Assembly (NCBI GenBank): GCA_023150875.1
Contig: JAKLKC010000012.1
Location: 5,565-69,564 of the forward strand
Direction of reading: 5' to 3'
Origin: Myxococcota bacterium
Lineage (GTDB): Bacteria > Myxococcota_A > UBA796 > UBA9615 > JAKLKC01
Length of the DNA stretch: 64,000 bases
Shown here: positions 29,229 through 39,311 of the stretch, in pieces
Layout of the letters: the number at the start of each line of letters is the position of its first letter
Numbering within the stretch: position 1 is the first letter of the stretch
Position numbers and translations under genes: made by a program
Notes under the pieces: generated by a model
Database searches by the model: none
Told to the model about the DNA's origin: nothing
Seen by the model: the letters and a program-made list of their open reading frames with translations, nothing else

Positions 29229-30935
29229 CTATCGCCTCCGCCGCCAGAGCCACGCCCCGACGCCCCCGGCCACCGCCAGGCCCGGCACCAGGATCACCGC
29301 CACCAGGATGGTGACCATGAGCTGGGGCCCCGTGAGCGACAGGGGCTGGTGCCCCGCCTCCTTGGGCCGGATGGACAGCAGGTCCCCCTCCCGGGCGAGG
29401 TAGGACACGGCGTTCTGGAACAGGTCGGCGTTGGCGCCGAAGCCCGCCAGGGCGTTGCTGGCGAAGTCGCTGTCTCCGAAGACCGCCAGGTCCGCCCGCT
29501 GGATCGGCGCCTCCCCGGCGTCGTCTCCGGCCGGCGCGGCGGGGGCCTCTCCGCCGGGCGCGATCTCCGCCCGGGCCGCGTCCTCGGAGGGCGGTGCTCC
29601 CGCCGCTCCCTCGCCCGCCGATCCCCCCTCCGGCGCCGTCGCCGCGGCCAGCCCCGCCGCCCGCGGGTCGATGGAGGCGAGCATCGCCAGGGCGAGGGGA
29701 CCCGCGTGGTCCTTCCCCTCCGCGAAGCTCGGGTCCGGGGTCTGGAGGTCCACCTTGCCGTACGCGGCGTCGCTGCTCCGCACCAGGGAGCTGCGGAGCA
29801 CCCCCGCCGGTGCCGCCTCGGACTCCGCCAGGGACGTGGCCACCGGGAACACGGTGGCGATCCCGCTCAGCCGCTCGGTGATGTCGTGGGGGGAGTAGTC
29901 CACTCCCACGACGTAGGTGTAGTCCGCCCCGAGGCGCCCGCCGTTGGGGTCCAGCACCAGGTCCCCCCGGGACTCGATCCCGAAGCGCCGCGCCAGGTCG
30001 GCGAGGCCGTGCTCCACCCCGGGGTCCAACATCAGCAACAGGCCCCGGTTCCGGGCGAGGTGGTCCGTCAAGAGCCGCCGGTCCGACTCGGAAAACGGCT
30101 TGGTGGGGCCGGCCACCACCACCACGTCGGCGTCCTCGGGGACCTGGGGCGTCTGGAAGAGGTCCAGGGCCTTCACCTCGTAGCCCTGCTTGCGCAGGGC
30201 CTCGGCGACGTGGCTGAACCCCTGCTCCGCCGCTTCTTCCAACCCTCTCTCGCCGTGGCCGGTGGTGAAGTAGACCGTCTTCTTCCCCTCCCGGGTCACC
30301 TTGATGATGGCGTTGGTCAGGTCGCCCTCGCCGGGGGCGACCACCTTCTCCTCCCGCGTACCGGAGGCCACGAACACCGTGCCGTCCTGGACGACCCCCT
30401 TCTGCTGGGCGGCCCAGGGCGCCGCCTCGGGGTCCACCAGCTCCACCTTCAGGTGGGGGGAGAGGCGCTCGTACCGCTCCATCAGCGAGATGAAGGCGTC
30501 CCGCCCCCCCGGGGTGCCGGCCTCGCCGCCGGCCCGGAAGAAGGCGGTGACGGCGACGTCCCGGTCGAGCTTGCCCACGAGGTCCGTGGTCTGCTCGCTC
30601 AGGGTGTGGATCTTCGCCTGGGTGAGGTCCCGGCTGGCGGGATGGCGCGCGGCGACGTAGTTCGCCAGCACCACCACCCCCAGCGCCATGGAGACGGCCA
30701 GCCACGACGCCGCCTGCTTGCGGGTGGCCCGCTGCCCGCTGGCCAGGGCGATGGCCTCCCAGTCCAGCCAGATCCAGGACGCGAGGCCGAGGGCGGCCAC
30801 GACGGTGACGACGGTCCAGACGGTGTCCCCGGGGGGGCGGCCGTCGTAGTAGCCGAGTCGGAACAGCAGGGTGACGGCGGCGAGGGCGCCGACGCCGCCC
30901 GCGATCCGTCCGATGACGATCCCCGCGCGGCCCAT
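29229..30935 (-). CDS. GldG-like ABC-transporter-associated protein
   Basis: N- and C-terminal TM segments, central periplasmic domain; downstream of ABC permease/ATPase on same strand. Confidence 0.7.
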   Translation of the reverse strand: MGRAGIVIGRIAGGVGALAAVTLLFRLGYYDGRPPGDTVWTVVTVVAALGLASWIWLDWEAIALASGQRATRKQAASWLAVSMALGVVVLANYVAARHPASRDLTQAKIHTLSEQTTDLVGKLDRDVAVTAFFRAGGEAGTPGGRDAFISLMERYERLSPHLKVELVDPEAAPWAAQQKGVVQDGTVFVASGTREEKVVAPGEGDLTNAIIKVTREGKKTVYFTTGHGERGLEEAAEQGFSHVAEALRKQGYEVKALDLFQTPQVPEDADVVVVAGPTKPFSESDRRLLTDHLARNRGLLLMLDPGVEHGLADLARRFGIESRGDLVLDPNGGRLGADYTYVVGVDYSPHDITERLSGIATVFPVATSLAESEAAPAGVLRSSLVRSSDAAYGKVDLQTPDPSFAEGKDHAGPLALAMLASIDPRAAGLAAATAPEGGSAGEGAAGAPPSEDAARAEIAPGGEAPAAPAGDDAGEAPIQRADLAVFGDSDFASNALAGFGANADLFQNAVSYLAREGDLLSIRPKEAGHQPLSLTGPQLMVTILVAVILVPGLAVAGGVGAWLWRRRR

Positions 30936-30939
30936 GGCG

Positions 30940-31728
30940 CTACCTCCAGCGCAGCGCTTCGACGCGCTGCTCCGCCAGGAACAGGAAGAAGCCGATGAAG
31001 GTGCCGAAGTAGAGGACGTCGCGCGAGTCGATCACCCCCTTGCTCAGCCCCTCGAAGTGCTTGAAGAAGCTCAGGTATTCCGAGACCTGCGCCGCCCAGC
31101 CCGAGCCTCCGAACCCCCCCGCCGAGCTGGCGCTTCCCGCCTCGCCGATCACCCAGAAGACCAGGAGCAACGCGAAGGAGAGGGCGGCGGCGATGATCTG
31201 GTTCTCGGTCATCGCCGAGGCCGCGAGCCCCACGGCGAGGAAGGCGCCCCCGAGGAGGAAGACCCCGAGGTAGGTCAGCAGCATGGGGCCGGTGTCGGGG
31301 GTGCCGTAGGCGTACAGCAGGACGGGCTGGTACAGCAGCGTGAGCTGCATCGCCGCGAAGAGGCCCACGGCCCCCAGGAACTTGCCCAGGACGATCTCCC
31401 ACGAGCTCACGGGCGATGTGACCAGCAGCTCGATGGAGCGCTGCTTCCGCTCCTCGGCCAGGAGGCGCATGGTGAGGATCGGGGTGATCAGCAGCAGCAC
31501 CACGAACATGGTCTGGTGGTAGGGCCCCACCAGGTGCTCCGTCAGGTTCACCTCGCCTCCGCCGTAGGGGCTGGACGGGCCGGTGCTCGCCTCGACGTAC
31601 CAGGGCAGGAAGAAGATCGCGAAGAACCATCCCCCGAGGAACGCGTAGGCGCCCATCATCACGTAGGAGATGGGCGAGGTCAGGTAGGTCCGCAGCTCGC
31701 GGCCGGCGATGGTCAGCACGTTGCGCAC
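30940..31728 (-). CDS. ABC-2 family transporter permease (GldF-like)
   Basis: 6-TM hydrophobic profile, 262 aa. Confidence 0.75.
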   Translation of the reverse strand: MRNVLTIAGRELRTYLTSPISYVMMGAYAFLGGWFFAIFFLPWYVEASTGPSSPYGGGEVNLTEHLVGPYHQTMFVVLLLITPILTMRLLAEERKQRSIELLVTSPVSSWEIVLGKFLGAVGLFAAMQLTLLYQPVLLYAYGTPDTGPMLLTYLGVFLLGGAFLAVGLAASAMTENQIIAAALSFALLLVFWVIGEAGSASSAGGFGGSGWAAQVSEYLSFFKHFEGLSKGVIDSRDVLYFGTFIGFFLFLAEQRVEALRWR

Positions 31729-31731
31729 GGC

Positions 31732-32685
31732 TCAGCCCTCCGCCCCGGCGTCCCGGATCAGCCCGAGGAAGATGTCTTCGAGGGAGGTGGAGACGCGGTG
31801 CATGGAAAGCAGGCCGAAGCCCCCCTCCACCACCGCCCGGGCGATCCCCTCCCGGGGATCCTCGCCCAGGGCGATGTCCGCCAGGTACGCCGCCCCGCCT
31901 CCCTCCCCGAGGCCGGCGGGGCCGGGGGCGACTCCCAGGACCCCGGGGACGGCCCGGATCGCCGCCAGCACCTCCGGGGAGGGGCGGGCGACCACCACCT
32001 CCACCCCCGCGGACCCCTTCACCCGCCGCTCCAGGGCCGCGAGGGTGTCCTGGGCCACGATCCGGCCGCGGTCGATGACCAGCACCCGGTCGCAGACCTG
32101 CTGGACCTCGGGGAGGATGTGGGTGGAGAGGACCACGGTGTGCGCCCCCTTGAGCCCGCGGATCAGCTCCCGGATCTCGATGATCTGCTGGGGATCCAGT
32201 CCCTCGGTGGGCTCGTCCATGACCAGCACCTCGGGGTCGTGGACGATGGCCTGGGCGAGCCCCACCCTCTGGCGGTAGCCCTTGGAGAGGTTGCCCACCA
32301 GCCGCCCGGTGACCTGGGGGAGGCCCGCCTTGTCGATGGCCCGGTCCACGGCGGCCCGCACCCCCGCCCGGGGCACCTGCTTGATGCGGGCGGCGAAGGC
32401 GAGGAAGTCCCGCACGGTCATGTCCAGGTAGAGGGGGGGCTGCTCGGGGAGGTAGCCCAGGCGGCGCTTGGCGTCCTTGGGCTTCTCCACCACGTCGAAG
32501 CCGGCCACCCGCGCCGAGCCCCCGCTGGGACCCAGGGAGCCGGCCAGGATCCGCATGGTGGTGGTCTTCCCCGCCCCGTTCCGGCCGAGGAAGCCCAGGA
32601 TCTCCCCCTTGGTCGCCTGGAAGGTGACGTCCCGGATGGCGTCGACCTCGCCGTATCGCTTGGTGAGGTTGTTGACCTCTATCAC
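31732..32685 (-). CDS. ABC transporter ATP-binding protein (GldA-like)
   Basis: Walker A 'GRNGAGKTT', signature 'LSKGYRQR', Walker B 'LVMDEPT'; GTG start with RBS aggaga. Confidence 0.85.
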   Translation of the reverse strand: MIEVNNLTKRYGEVDAIRDVTFQATKGEILGFLGRNGAGKTTTMRILAGSLGPSGGSARVAGFDVVEKPKDAKRRLGYLPEQPPLYLDMTVRDFLAFAARIKQVPRAGVRAAVDRAIDKAGLPQVTGRLVGNLSKGYRQRVGLAQAIVHDPEVLVMDEPTEGLDPQQIIEIRELIRGLKGAHTVVLSTHILPEVQQVCDRVLVIDRGRIVAQDTLAALERRVKGSAGVEVVVARPSPEVLAAIRAVPGVLGVAPGPAGLGEGGGAAYLADIALGEDPREGIARAVVEGGFGLLSMHRVSTSLEDIFLGLIRDAGAEG

Positions 32686-33614
32686 GCCTCGATCTCCTGC
32701 GCCCGCGGCCGCCCCGCGCTTCGGGGCCGCACCAACACGCGAGCCTCCGCCCATCTTCCCCCGCGGCGCCCCCTCCCGGCCGCCCCCGTCCGCCCGGCGC
32801 CGCTCCCGGGAGCGCCGGGGGCGGCCATTCTATTCCTTCCGCCCGGGATTTCACCCCCGCCCGGCGGGACCGTGCTCCCCCGCCCGCGTCCGGGCCCGGG
32901 CCCGGGCCCGTTCAGTCCCACCTCGGGAACAAGCGGCGCGCGACCGGGGGGCCATCCCGCCCTCCGGGGAGGGCGAGGGCGGGCGCGACAGTGGGGGCCT
33001 GACCGCCGCTCCGTCGCTCACCACGCCCCGTACGGCCCCCCTTCGGGGGGTCGGCGGCGAAACGTGAGTGACTGGGTGGGCGTCGAGGTCAAGCGTCCCC
33101 GCGGTCGCGGGCCAGCCGGAGGATCTCCTCGTGGAGCCAGCGGGTGAGCTGCTCCTCGGAGGAGGATAGGACGGACAAAGCGCCGATCTCGAGGGGGGCG
33201 CCGGGTATCGGGGGAGGCCACCTGGGTCCGCTCGGGGCGATTCGGCGCGGTAGCGAGCTGCGTGTGTGAGTTGTGTGGCATCGTGTGGACGCCTGGAAGG
33301 GCATCGGGCCTGCTGCGAGCGCTCGCCGGAGGGGGGATCGGCGGGGGTGCGCCGCGGAGGTCGGGCGAGTGAGGAGGTCGGGGCATGGGGGTGGGCCTGC
33401 GTGGCGGGGAGATGATCGCACATCGATGCCCGGGCATGCCTCGTCTGGACGGGGGAGTCGCCGGGAGCGCCGCGCGCGCCGGTGCGGAGCGGCTGCACTC
33501 TTGTCTTGAAGATGACGTTCGGGGCGCATTGATACCCATAGGGAAGGATTGGCCGCCCCGGTGAAAGCGGGCGCCGCCGGTCCGGTGTCCCCGCGCGCGA
33601 CGGGAGGCAGCCGC

Positions 33615-34127
33615 ATGGAGAAGCTGAAGTTGGAGTTCCGGGTGGAGATAGCCGACTACGCCAGTCCGATGCCCGCGGCGGTCGAGGTGCGCCTGAGGCG
33701 CAAGTCGGAGGAAGAGTACCTGAAGCTGAAGAAGCCCAAGGTCACCGGGTTCGTGTGGACGTTCGAGGGTGCGATCGAGGCAGAGGAGGCGGATGTCCGC
33801 TTCATGGTCTGGTTCCGAGCCCACCGGGGAGTGCGCTACGCCGTCGACGTGCACCGACTGACCTCGGAGGGGGCCAAGGACGAACCATCGGCGAGCCCGT
33901 CGGCAGCGGGGACCGAGGTAGTCCCGGACGAGGCGTCGACGAGCCGATCGGCACCAGAGCGCAAGGAAGCGTCGACCGACGCGCCCGAGGCCGGATCCGG
34001 CGGGAAGACGCATCGCCACCACTACGAGGGCGAGGTCGCCGCTGAGGACGTCAAGGACGGAATGGTTACCTACCGTGGAGGTCTCAATGAGGTTCCCAAG
34101 GGTACTGAGGTCGGCCTGGCTCGCTAG
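33615..34127 (+). CDS. hypothetical protein
   Basis: ATG MEKLKLEF... within 33549 ORF; moderate composition. Confidence 0.35.
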   Translation: MEKLKLEFRVEIADYASPMPAAVEVRLRRKSEEEYLKLKKPKVTGFVWTFEGAIEAEEADVRFMVWFRAHRGVRYAVDVHRLTSEGAKDEPSASPSAAGTEVVPDEASTSRSAPERKEASTDAPEAGSGGKTHRHHYEGEVAAEDVKDGMVTYRGGLNEVPKGTEVGLAR

Positions 34128-35238
34128 CTCGGTGATGGTCGTGCCCGCGGCCGCGGACGCGGCCGAGCCGGAGCCGCTCCTCCAGCTCACCGGGCCGGCT
34201 GGCTTCACGTTGTCGTTCCAGGAGAAGGAGAAGATCGCGACCGTCGCCACCGGCGGTGTGTCGCGGGACGGGACTCGGGTGAAGGTGTCCCTCAGCGCGC
34301 CGCTGGACGAGGAGTCCCGCATCGCCGCCCTGGCCGACGGCGACGGGCTGGCGGCCGGGTTCAAGCTTCGCTTCGACCTGGAGTACGACTCGGCTCACCA
34401 CTGGATGTTCGGAGACGCGTCGCGATTCGAGGCGCTCGAAGAGGCCGCCTGCGAGCTGGCCTACGAGCGGAATCCCGAGAAGCCGAAGCATTGCCCTCCG
34501 GGGACCATGCGCCAGTTCCTGGCGGAGGCTGTCGCCCAGCAGCGGGCGATCGGCGTCGGAACTCCCGATGTGGTCGCCGTCGCGCGGCGGGCGGACCGAG
34601 TGCCGTTCCGCGCTGGTCCTTCGGTTGCGGTGGCATTCGACCGCAAGGACGCCTACCTGGGCGACGTCGGCATCGACCCCCGGGCGTACACCGCGTGGTC
34701 GGTGTCCGTGGGAGGACACCTCACCGTCCAGCCGACCTTCTGGCTCCTGCTCCGGGTGGACGGAGGCGTCGAGATGGGGCAGGAGCTCGAGGGGGAGTCG
34801 GTCGAGCGATGCGAGCCCGTGGCCAGCAGCGACGCGTCGGTGACGGGCACGGCGTGCGAGGACGTCCTGCTGCTGGATGCCGAGCCGAAGCCGCAGGCGA
34901 CCGCCCGGGTGGGCTTCGCGGCGGCGTTGTTCGCCCAGAAGGCGTTCGACGGAAAGCTGGGGAAGGACGTGGTCCGTGTCCTCCCCGGCGTCGAGCTGCG
35001 TGCCGGCCTCGACGAGCTCTCGACGGACGGGGACGAGGACCTCATCGCGCTCCAGGTCCTCGGCTTCGTCACGCCCGTCACCGTCGCCACGCCGGACAGC
35101 TCGCCCGCCTTCGGAGGCGCCGCGCGCTTCGGGGTGGGGCTCCGGGTGCGCTTCGCCCTGGAGGACGACGACGAGGCAGCGTGGACGCCCGGGTTCCGGG
35201 ACGCCGCGCCCATACTGGTCGTCGGCGCCACGCTCTGA
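34087..35238 (+). CDS. secreted hypothetical protein
   Basis: Signal peptide 'MRFPRVLRSAWLASSVMVVPAAADA'. Confidence 0.45.
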   Translation: MRFPRVLRSAWLASSVMVVPAAADAAEPEPLLQLTGPAGFTLSFQEKEKIATVATGGVSRDGTRVKVSLSAPLDEESRIAALADGDGLAAGFKLRFDLEYDSAHHWMFGDASRFEALEEAACELAYERNPEKPKHCPPGTMRQFLAEAVAQQRAIGVGTPDVVAVARRADRVPFRAGPSVAVAFDRKDAYLGDVGIDPRAYTAWSVSVGGHLTVQPTFWLLLRVDGGVEMGQELEGESVERCEPVASSDASVTGTACEDVLLLDAEPKPQATARVGFAAALFAQKAFDGKLGKDVVRVLPGVELRAGLDELSTDGDEDLIALQVLGFVTPVTVATPDSSPAFGGAARFGVGLRVRFALEDDDEAAWTPGFRDAAPILVVGATL

Positions 35239-35295
35239 TCCCGCAACCTCCCCCGCTTCGTTCGCCGGCGTCCGCGCAGCGCGGGCGGGTTCGCG

Positions 35296-38100
35296 TCAGC
35301 CGTCCGTAGCCGCGCCCGCCGGGGCGAGCGGCTTGGCCAGCGCCGACCAGATCCGCCACGCCTCGCGCCAGCCAGCATCGCGATCCGCCACCACCGTGCC
35401 CAGCCGGCGCCGGACGGCCTCTCGCGTGCCGGGGAGCTCCTCGACGAGCCGCGGAGCCAGATCCAGGACGACCGCCGTCGGCGCCGTGGCGAGCAGTCTA
35501 CCGAGCCGACCCTCCGGACCGTTCGCCGCCACCGCCCGCAGGAGCCCCGTCATCGACCCGGGGTCGTGGTGCCACGCCGAGACCAGCGCGTCCTGGACCC
35601 CGTCCGCCGCCGACCCCAGCACCGGGTCCAGGAACGCCTCCGCCAGTATCGGGATCGGCATGGCCTCCCACAGTGCTCGATGGAGGACGAGACCCGTGTC
35701 CGCCCTCATCGCGGCCAGGACGTGCCCCCATGCCTCGTCGTCCAGGTCCGCCAGGGGCAGGCCCCGATGGAGGAGGCTCCTCAGCTCGCCGTGCGGTGCC
35801 GGCGAGGACAGCCGGGACGGTGGACACGCGCGCCACAGCGTCGCGGCCTCCTCCGGGTCGCCGGGCCGCAGCCAGGCGTTGAGATATGTTCCCCCGACGT
35901 CGTCCCACCCCCCGCGCCAGAGCGCGGCCAGGGTCTGGTCGCGCGTGCATCCGAGCTCTTCGCACTCCGCGATCAGCTCGGTCGGCGGCAGGCCGAGCAG
36001 CACCCAGGGGTCGGGGACCTGCGCCATGCCCCCGCCGTCCAGGGCCGCCGCGGCGAAGCGGGAGACGGCGAAGACCTGCGCCGCGCCGACGAGGGCGTTG
36101 GGGATGGCGGCGGCCTTCCCCCAGCGCCGCTCCAGGCGGGCGCCGAGCCGGAACGATCCGCGGGCCCACGGGGCCAGGGTCCCCGGCTCCCCCGACTTTC
36201 CCCCTTCGTACAGGCGGACGCCCCGGAGCGCCTCGAGCAGGTCCAGACTCGGATCCGCGTCGCACCAGGGGGCGAATACGCGGGGGAGCGCGCCGAGGGC
36301 CGCCCCGTCGAGCCCCTCGGTGAGCGCGAGGGACGCCACAACGAACGACCCGAAGCCGGCGGATCGCTCCGTGTCACTGTAGGAGCCGAGGAGCGGAAGG
36401 AGACGGGGCGGCGCCCCCCCCGCGAGGTCCATGAACCGACCCTGCGCGCGGACGAGCCTGCCGCGGAGCGCCGGGTCGACGCGGGCGCCGTCCAGGACGG
36501 CCAGCCCGGCCGCCCGGAACCCTGCCTCGACCGCCGCCACGACGGACACGTCGGCGAGGCCCGCCCCGTCGGCCGCATCGAGGATCCGCTCGAGCACCGG
36601 GTGAGCCGGGTTCCCGTGGAGGGCCTGCTCCAGGGCGAGCACCACCGGCGCGTTCCACCCCGGCCTCAGGAACGCCTCGCCGATCTCCTCGGCACGCCAT
36701 TCTCCGCAACGGGCGAGCTCGTCCCGGAGCAGCCAGGCCGCCAGCCAGCCATGGCGGATCCGGTACCGGCCCCCCGAGCATCGGCCCAGCCACCGGCCGG
36801 CGACCATCAGGCGGACGACCTCACGGCCGTCCGGTCGGAGAGCTGCTCGAAGGCCTTCGACCGGGACGTGCCCGGACCGCTCCTCCGCCCGCGCCAGGAA
36901 CCGATCCACCTCCTCCCGGTCCTCGCCGGGAGCCGCCTCCGTGGGGACGAGTCCAGACCACTCGTCTGGGGTGAGCCCTTCGTCTACGAAGGATCGGGCT
37001 GCGTCCGTGGGGACGTCCGGGCTCGTGAGGAGGCGCCGCAGCATCGTCCGCGCCAGACTCGGGCCCTCCCTGCGCATCCATTCCCCGTGCAGGGCTTCCT
37101 GGGGCACCCGGGCGAAGGTGGCCTTGAGGGTCATCCTTAGCGCTTTTTCCGGCGTCTCCTCGAACGCTTCCCAGGGCACCTCGTCCAGGACGCCGCACAG
37201 CGCGAGCACGTCTCCGGGCGTGCGCAGCCCGAGGTAAGGGTTCGTGGCGACCTCCTCGGCCCTGCGCCGGGAGAAACCGCCGTCCCGAGGGAGGCGGCGT
37301 TCGACCCACTTGAGGAAGGCCGCGATCCAGGACCGCAGGGGCGGCGTCTCGACGACGCTCCAGCCCGCCCCATCGTCCCCATCCGCCGCGTCCTCGTCCC
37401 GGTCCCGCCCAGCCCGGAGCCGGAAGGAACCCGTCCGTCCCTGCGGCGATCTTCCCGGCGGCGCGAACGGCGCCGCGACGGTAATCCACGCGTCCTCGGG
37501 CAGGCTCTCGAATCGCAATGCGTCGATGCCCTCGTCCGACTCCAGGTCGACGTAGACCCACTCGCCGAGCCGTATGGCCTCGCGGGCGGCCCGCGCGTCC
37601 GGCGCGACGACGACACGCGCGGAGCGACGGGCGGCGAGCCAGCGACCCAGCAGGGTCACGCCCGCGCCGGTAGGCGCGATCCACCAGGTGGCGCCGAAGG
37701 GCCCGAGGAACCCCGTCAGCTCCGGCGGAATCCCCGGGAACAAGCTTTCGGAAGCCAGATCGATCGGTCTCGCCGCGGGGAGGTCGTCCAGGGGGACGAG
37801 CGTCGGTCGTGGCTGCCCCTGCGCGTCGAGGACCTCCCGCAGGCGTTCCTCGAGGTCCGCCGCCTCCATTTCCAGCAGACGCGCCAGGGCCGCGCCTCGC
37901 GCGGGGTTCGTCCCGAACCACCACTCGGAGTGATCCCCGCGGTCGAGCTTCCGCAGCTCGTTGCCGACGGAGCGGGGATTCATGTCGGCATTCGGCCACC
38001 CGTCTGCCGCGACGAGCCGCCGGCCGAGGGCGTCGAACGACTCCCCGGGTTGGAGCAGCTCCTTGAGCCATCCCATCGTCACCTCCGACGTCCCGAGCAT
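35296..38100 (-). CDS. large uncharacterised protein (934 aa), divergent neighbour of pVip
   Basis: Long non-Gly/Pro-biased ORF; no recognisable catalytic motifs by eye. Confidence 0.55.
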   Translation of the reverse strand: MLGTSEVTMGWLKELLQPGESFDALGRRLVAADGWPNADMNPRSVGNELRKLDRGDHSEWWFGTNPARGAALARLLEMEAADLEERLREVLDAQGQPRPTLVPLDDLPAARPIDLASESLFPGIPPELTGFLGPFGATWWIAPTGAGVTLLGRWLAARRSARVVVAPDARAAREAIRLGEWVYVDLESDEGIDALRFESLPEDAWITVAAPFAPPGRSPQGRTGSFRLRAGRDRDEDAADGDDGAGWSVVETPPLRSWIAAFLKWVERRLPRDGGFSRRRAEEVATNPYLGLRTPGDVLALCGVLDEVPWEAFEETPEKALRMTLKATFARVPQEALHGEWMRREGPSLARTMLRRLLTSPDVPTDAARSFVDEGLTPDEWSGLVPTEAAPGEDREEVDRFLARAEERSGHVPVEGLRAALRPDGREVVRLMVAGRWLGRCSGGRYRIRHGWLAAWLLRDELARCGEWRAEEIGEAFLRPGWNAPVVLALEQALHGNPAHPVLERILDAADGAGLADVSVVAAVEAGFRAAGLAVLDGARVDPALRGRLVRAQGRFMDLAGGAPPRLLPLLGSYSDTERSAGFGSFVVASLALTEGLDGAALGALPRVFAPWCDADPSLDLLEALRGVRLYEGGKSGEPGTLAPWARGSFRLGARLERRWGKAAAIPNALVGAAQVFAVSRFAAAALDGGGMAQVPDPWVLLGLPPTELIAECEELGCTRDQTLAALWRGGWDDVGGTYLNAWLRPGDPEEAATLWRACPPSRLSSPAPHGELRSLLHRGLPLADLDDEAWGHVLAAMRADTGLVLHRALWEAMPIPILAEAFLDPVLGSAADGVQDALVSAWHHDPGSMTGLLRAVAANGPEGRLGRLLATAPTAVVLDLAPRLVEELPGTREAVRRRLGTVVADRDAGWREAWRIWSALAKPLAPAGAATDG

Positions 38101-38218
38101 ATCCGGCCCCGAAGCGAGGTCAACCCGTCTGCATCGAGCACATCACGATGTGCATCATGCAAGCGGAATGCAGGCCACTCGCGCTCCGCCTCGCGAGCCT
38201 CCAAGCTGATGGCCGGAG

Positions 38219-39052
38219 GTGCCCGTGAGACCGATCGCCGCCAACTACCACCTGCTCCAACCCTGCGACGCCGCCTGCCGCTTCTGCTTCGCCACGTTCC
38301 GCGACGTCCGCGGGCGTCTGCCGCTCGCCGACGCGCTGCGCGTCCTCGACCTGCTCCGCGCGGCCGGGATCGAGAAGATCAACCTCGCCGGAGGCGAGCC
38401 GACCCTGCATCCGCGGATCGGGGACATCGTCGCCCACGCCCGCCGCATCGGGTTCGTCACCAGCATCGTCACCAACGGGTCCCGCCTCGGGGAGCTGCTG
38501 GACCACCACGCGGCCGACCTCGACTGGGTGGGCCTCTCGGTCGACTCGGCGGACGAGGCCACCGAGATCGGGATCGGCCGCGGCCGCGGCGACCACGTCC
38601 GGCGCGCCGTGGCGCTGGCGTCGCGCTGCCGGACGCTGGGGATCCGCGTCAAGCTCAACACGGTGGTCTGCGCCCTCAACTGGCGGGAGGACCTGAGCCC
38701 GCTGGTGCTCGCCGTGCGCCCCGACCGTTGGAAGATCTTCCAGGTCCTCCCCATCGCCGGCCAGAACGACGGGGCCATCGACGACCTGCTCGTCACCGCG
38801 GATCAGCTCCACGCCTTCGTCGAGCGGCACCGGGACCTCGCCCGCCGGGGCTTCCCGCCCGTGGTCGAGGACAACGACGCCATGAAGGGGTCCTACGTCA
38901 TGGTCGACCCTCTCGGACGCTTCTACGGCAACGCCACCGGCCGGCACGTATACAGCGACCCGATCCTAGATGTCGGCGTCGAGGCCGCGCTCTCGCAGGT
39001 CGGCTTCGACGCCGCGAAGTTCGACCGCCGCGGGGGGAGGTACGCGTGGTAG
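38219..39052 (+). CDS. prokaryotic viperin (pVip) radical-SAM antiviral enzyme
   Basis: Near-colinear similarity to human viperin/RSAD2: 'NYHLLQPCDAACRFCF' (CxxxCxxC), 'EKINLAGGEPTL', 'RWKIFQVL', 'MKGSYVMVD', C-terminal 'ILDVGVEAAL...GFD...RGGRYAW'. Confidence 0.9.
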   Translation: MPVRPIAANYHLLQPCDAACRFCFATFRDVRGRLPLADALRVLDLLRAAGIEKINLAGGEPTLHPRIGDIVAHARRIGFVTSIVTNGSRLGELLDHHAADLDWVGLSVDSADEATEIGIGRGRGDHVRRAVALASRCRTLGIRVKLNTVVCALNWREDLSPLVLAVRPDRWKIFQVLPIAGQNDGAIDDLLVTADQLHAFVERHRDLARRGFPPVVEDNDAMKGSYVMVDPLGRFYGNATGRHVYSDPILDVGVEAALSQVGFDAAKFDRRGGRYAW

Positions 39053-39311
39053 CGCCGGGGCCCCGGGTGGCGATCCTCGGCGGTGACGGACGCCAGTGCG
39101 GGAGGTGGGGGGGAGAGGGGATCGCCGTCCACTTCATGGCCGGCCGCGCGGGTGGCAACGGGGAGCCGAGGCGGCTGGAGGCGGCCCTGAGATCGGGGTC
39201 CATCACCCGCGTCGTGATCCTCGCGCGGTGGAACGGCCACGCGACCACCCGGCGCATTCGGCGGGTGTGCCGAACCCTGGGGGTGCCGGTCGAGGTCGTG
39301 CCGTGACGTCC

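Noticed and set aside
27143-29314. 723-aa plus-strand ORF
   Set aside because: Out-of-frame overlap of the membrane protein gene 27045..28724. Gly/Pro/Arg-rich.
29229-32685. Considered the gldAFG-like ABC transporter as part of the defense system
   Set aside because: It is a generic ABC-2 efflux or gliding-type transporter with no link to the defense genes. It is more likely cargo or an older chromosomal segment.
33018-34364. 448-aa minus-strand ORF
   Set aside because: Overlaps two plus-strand ORFs and an intergenic region. Biased composition.
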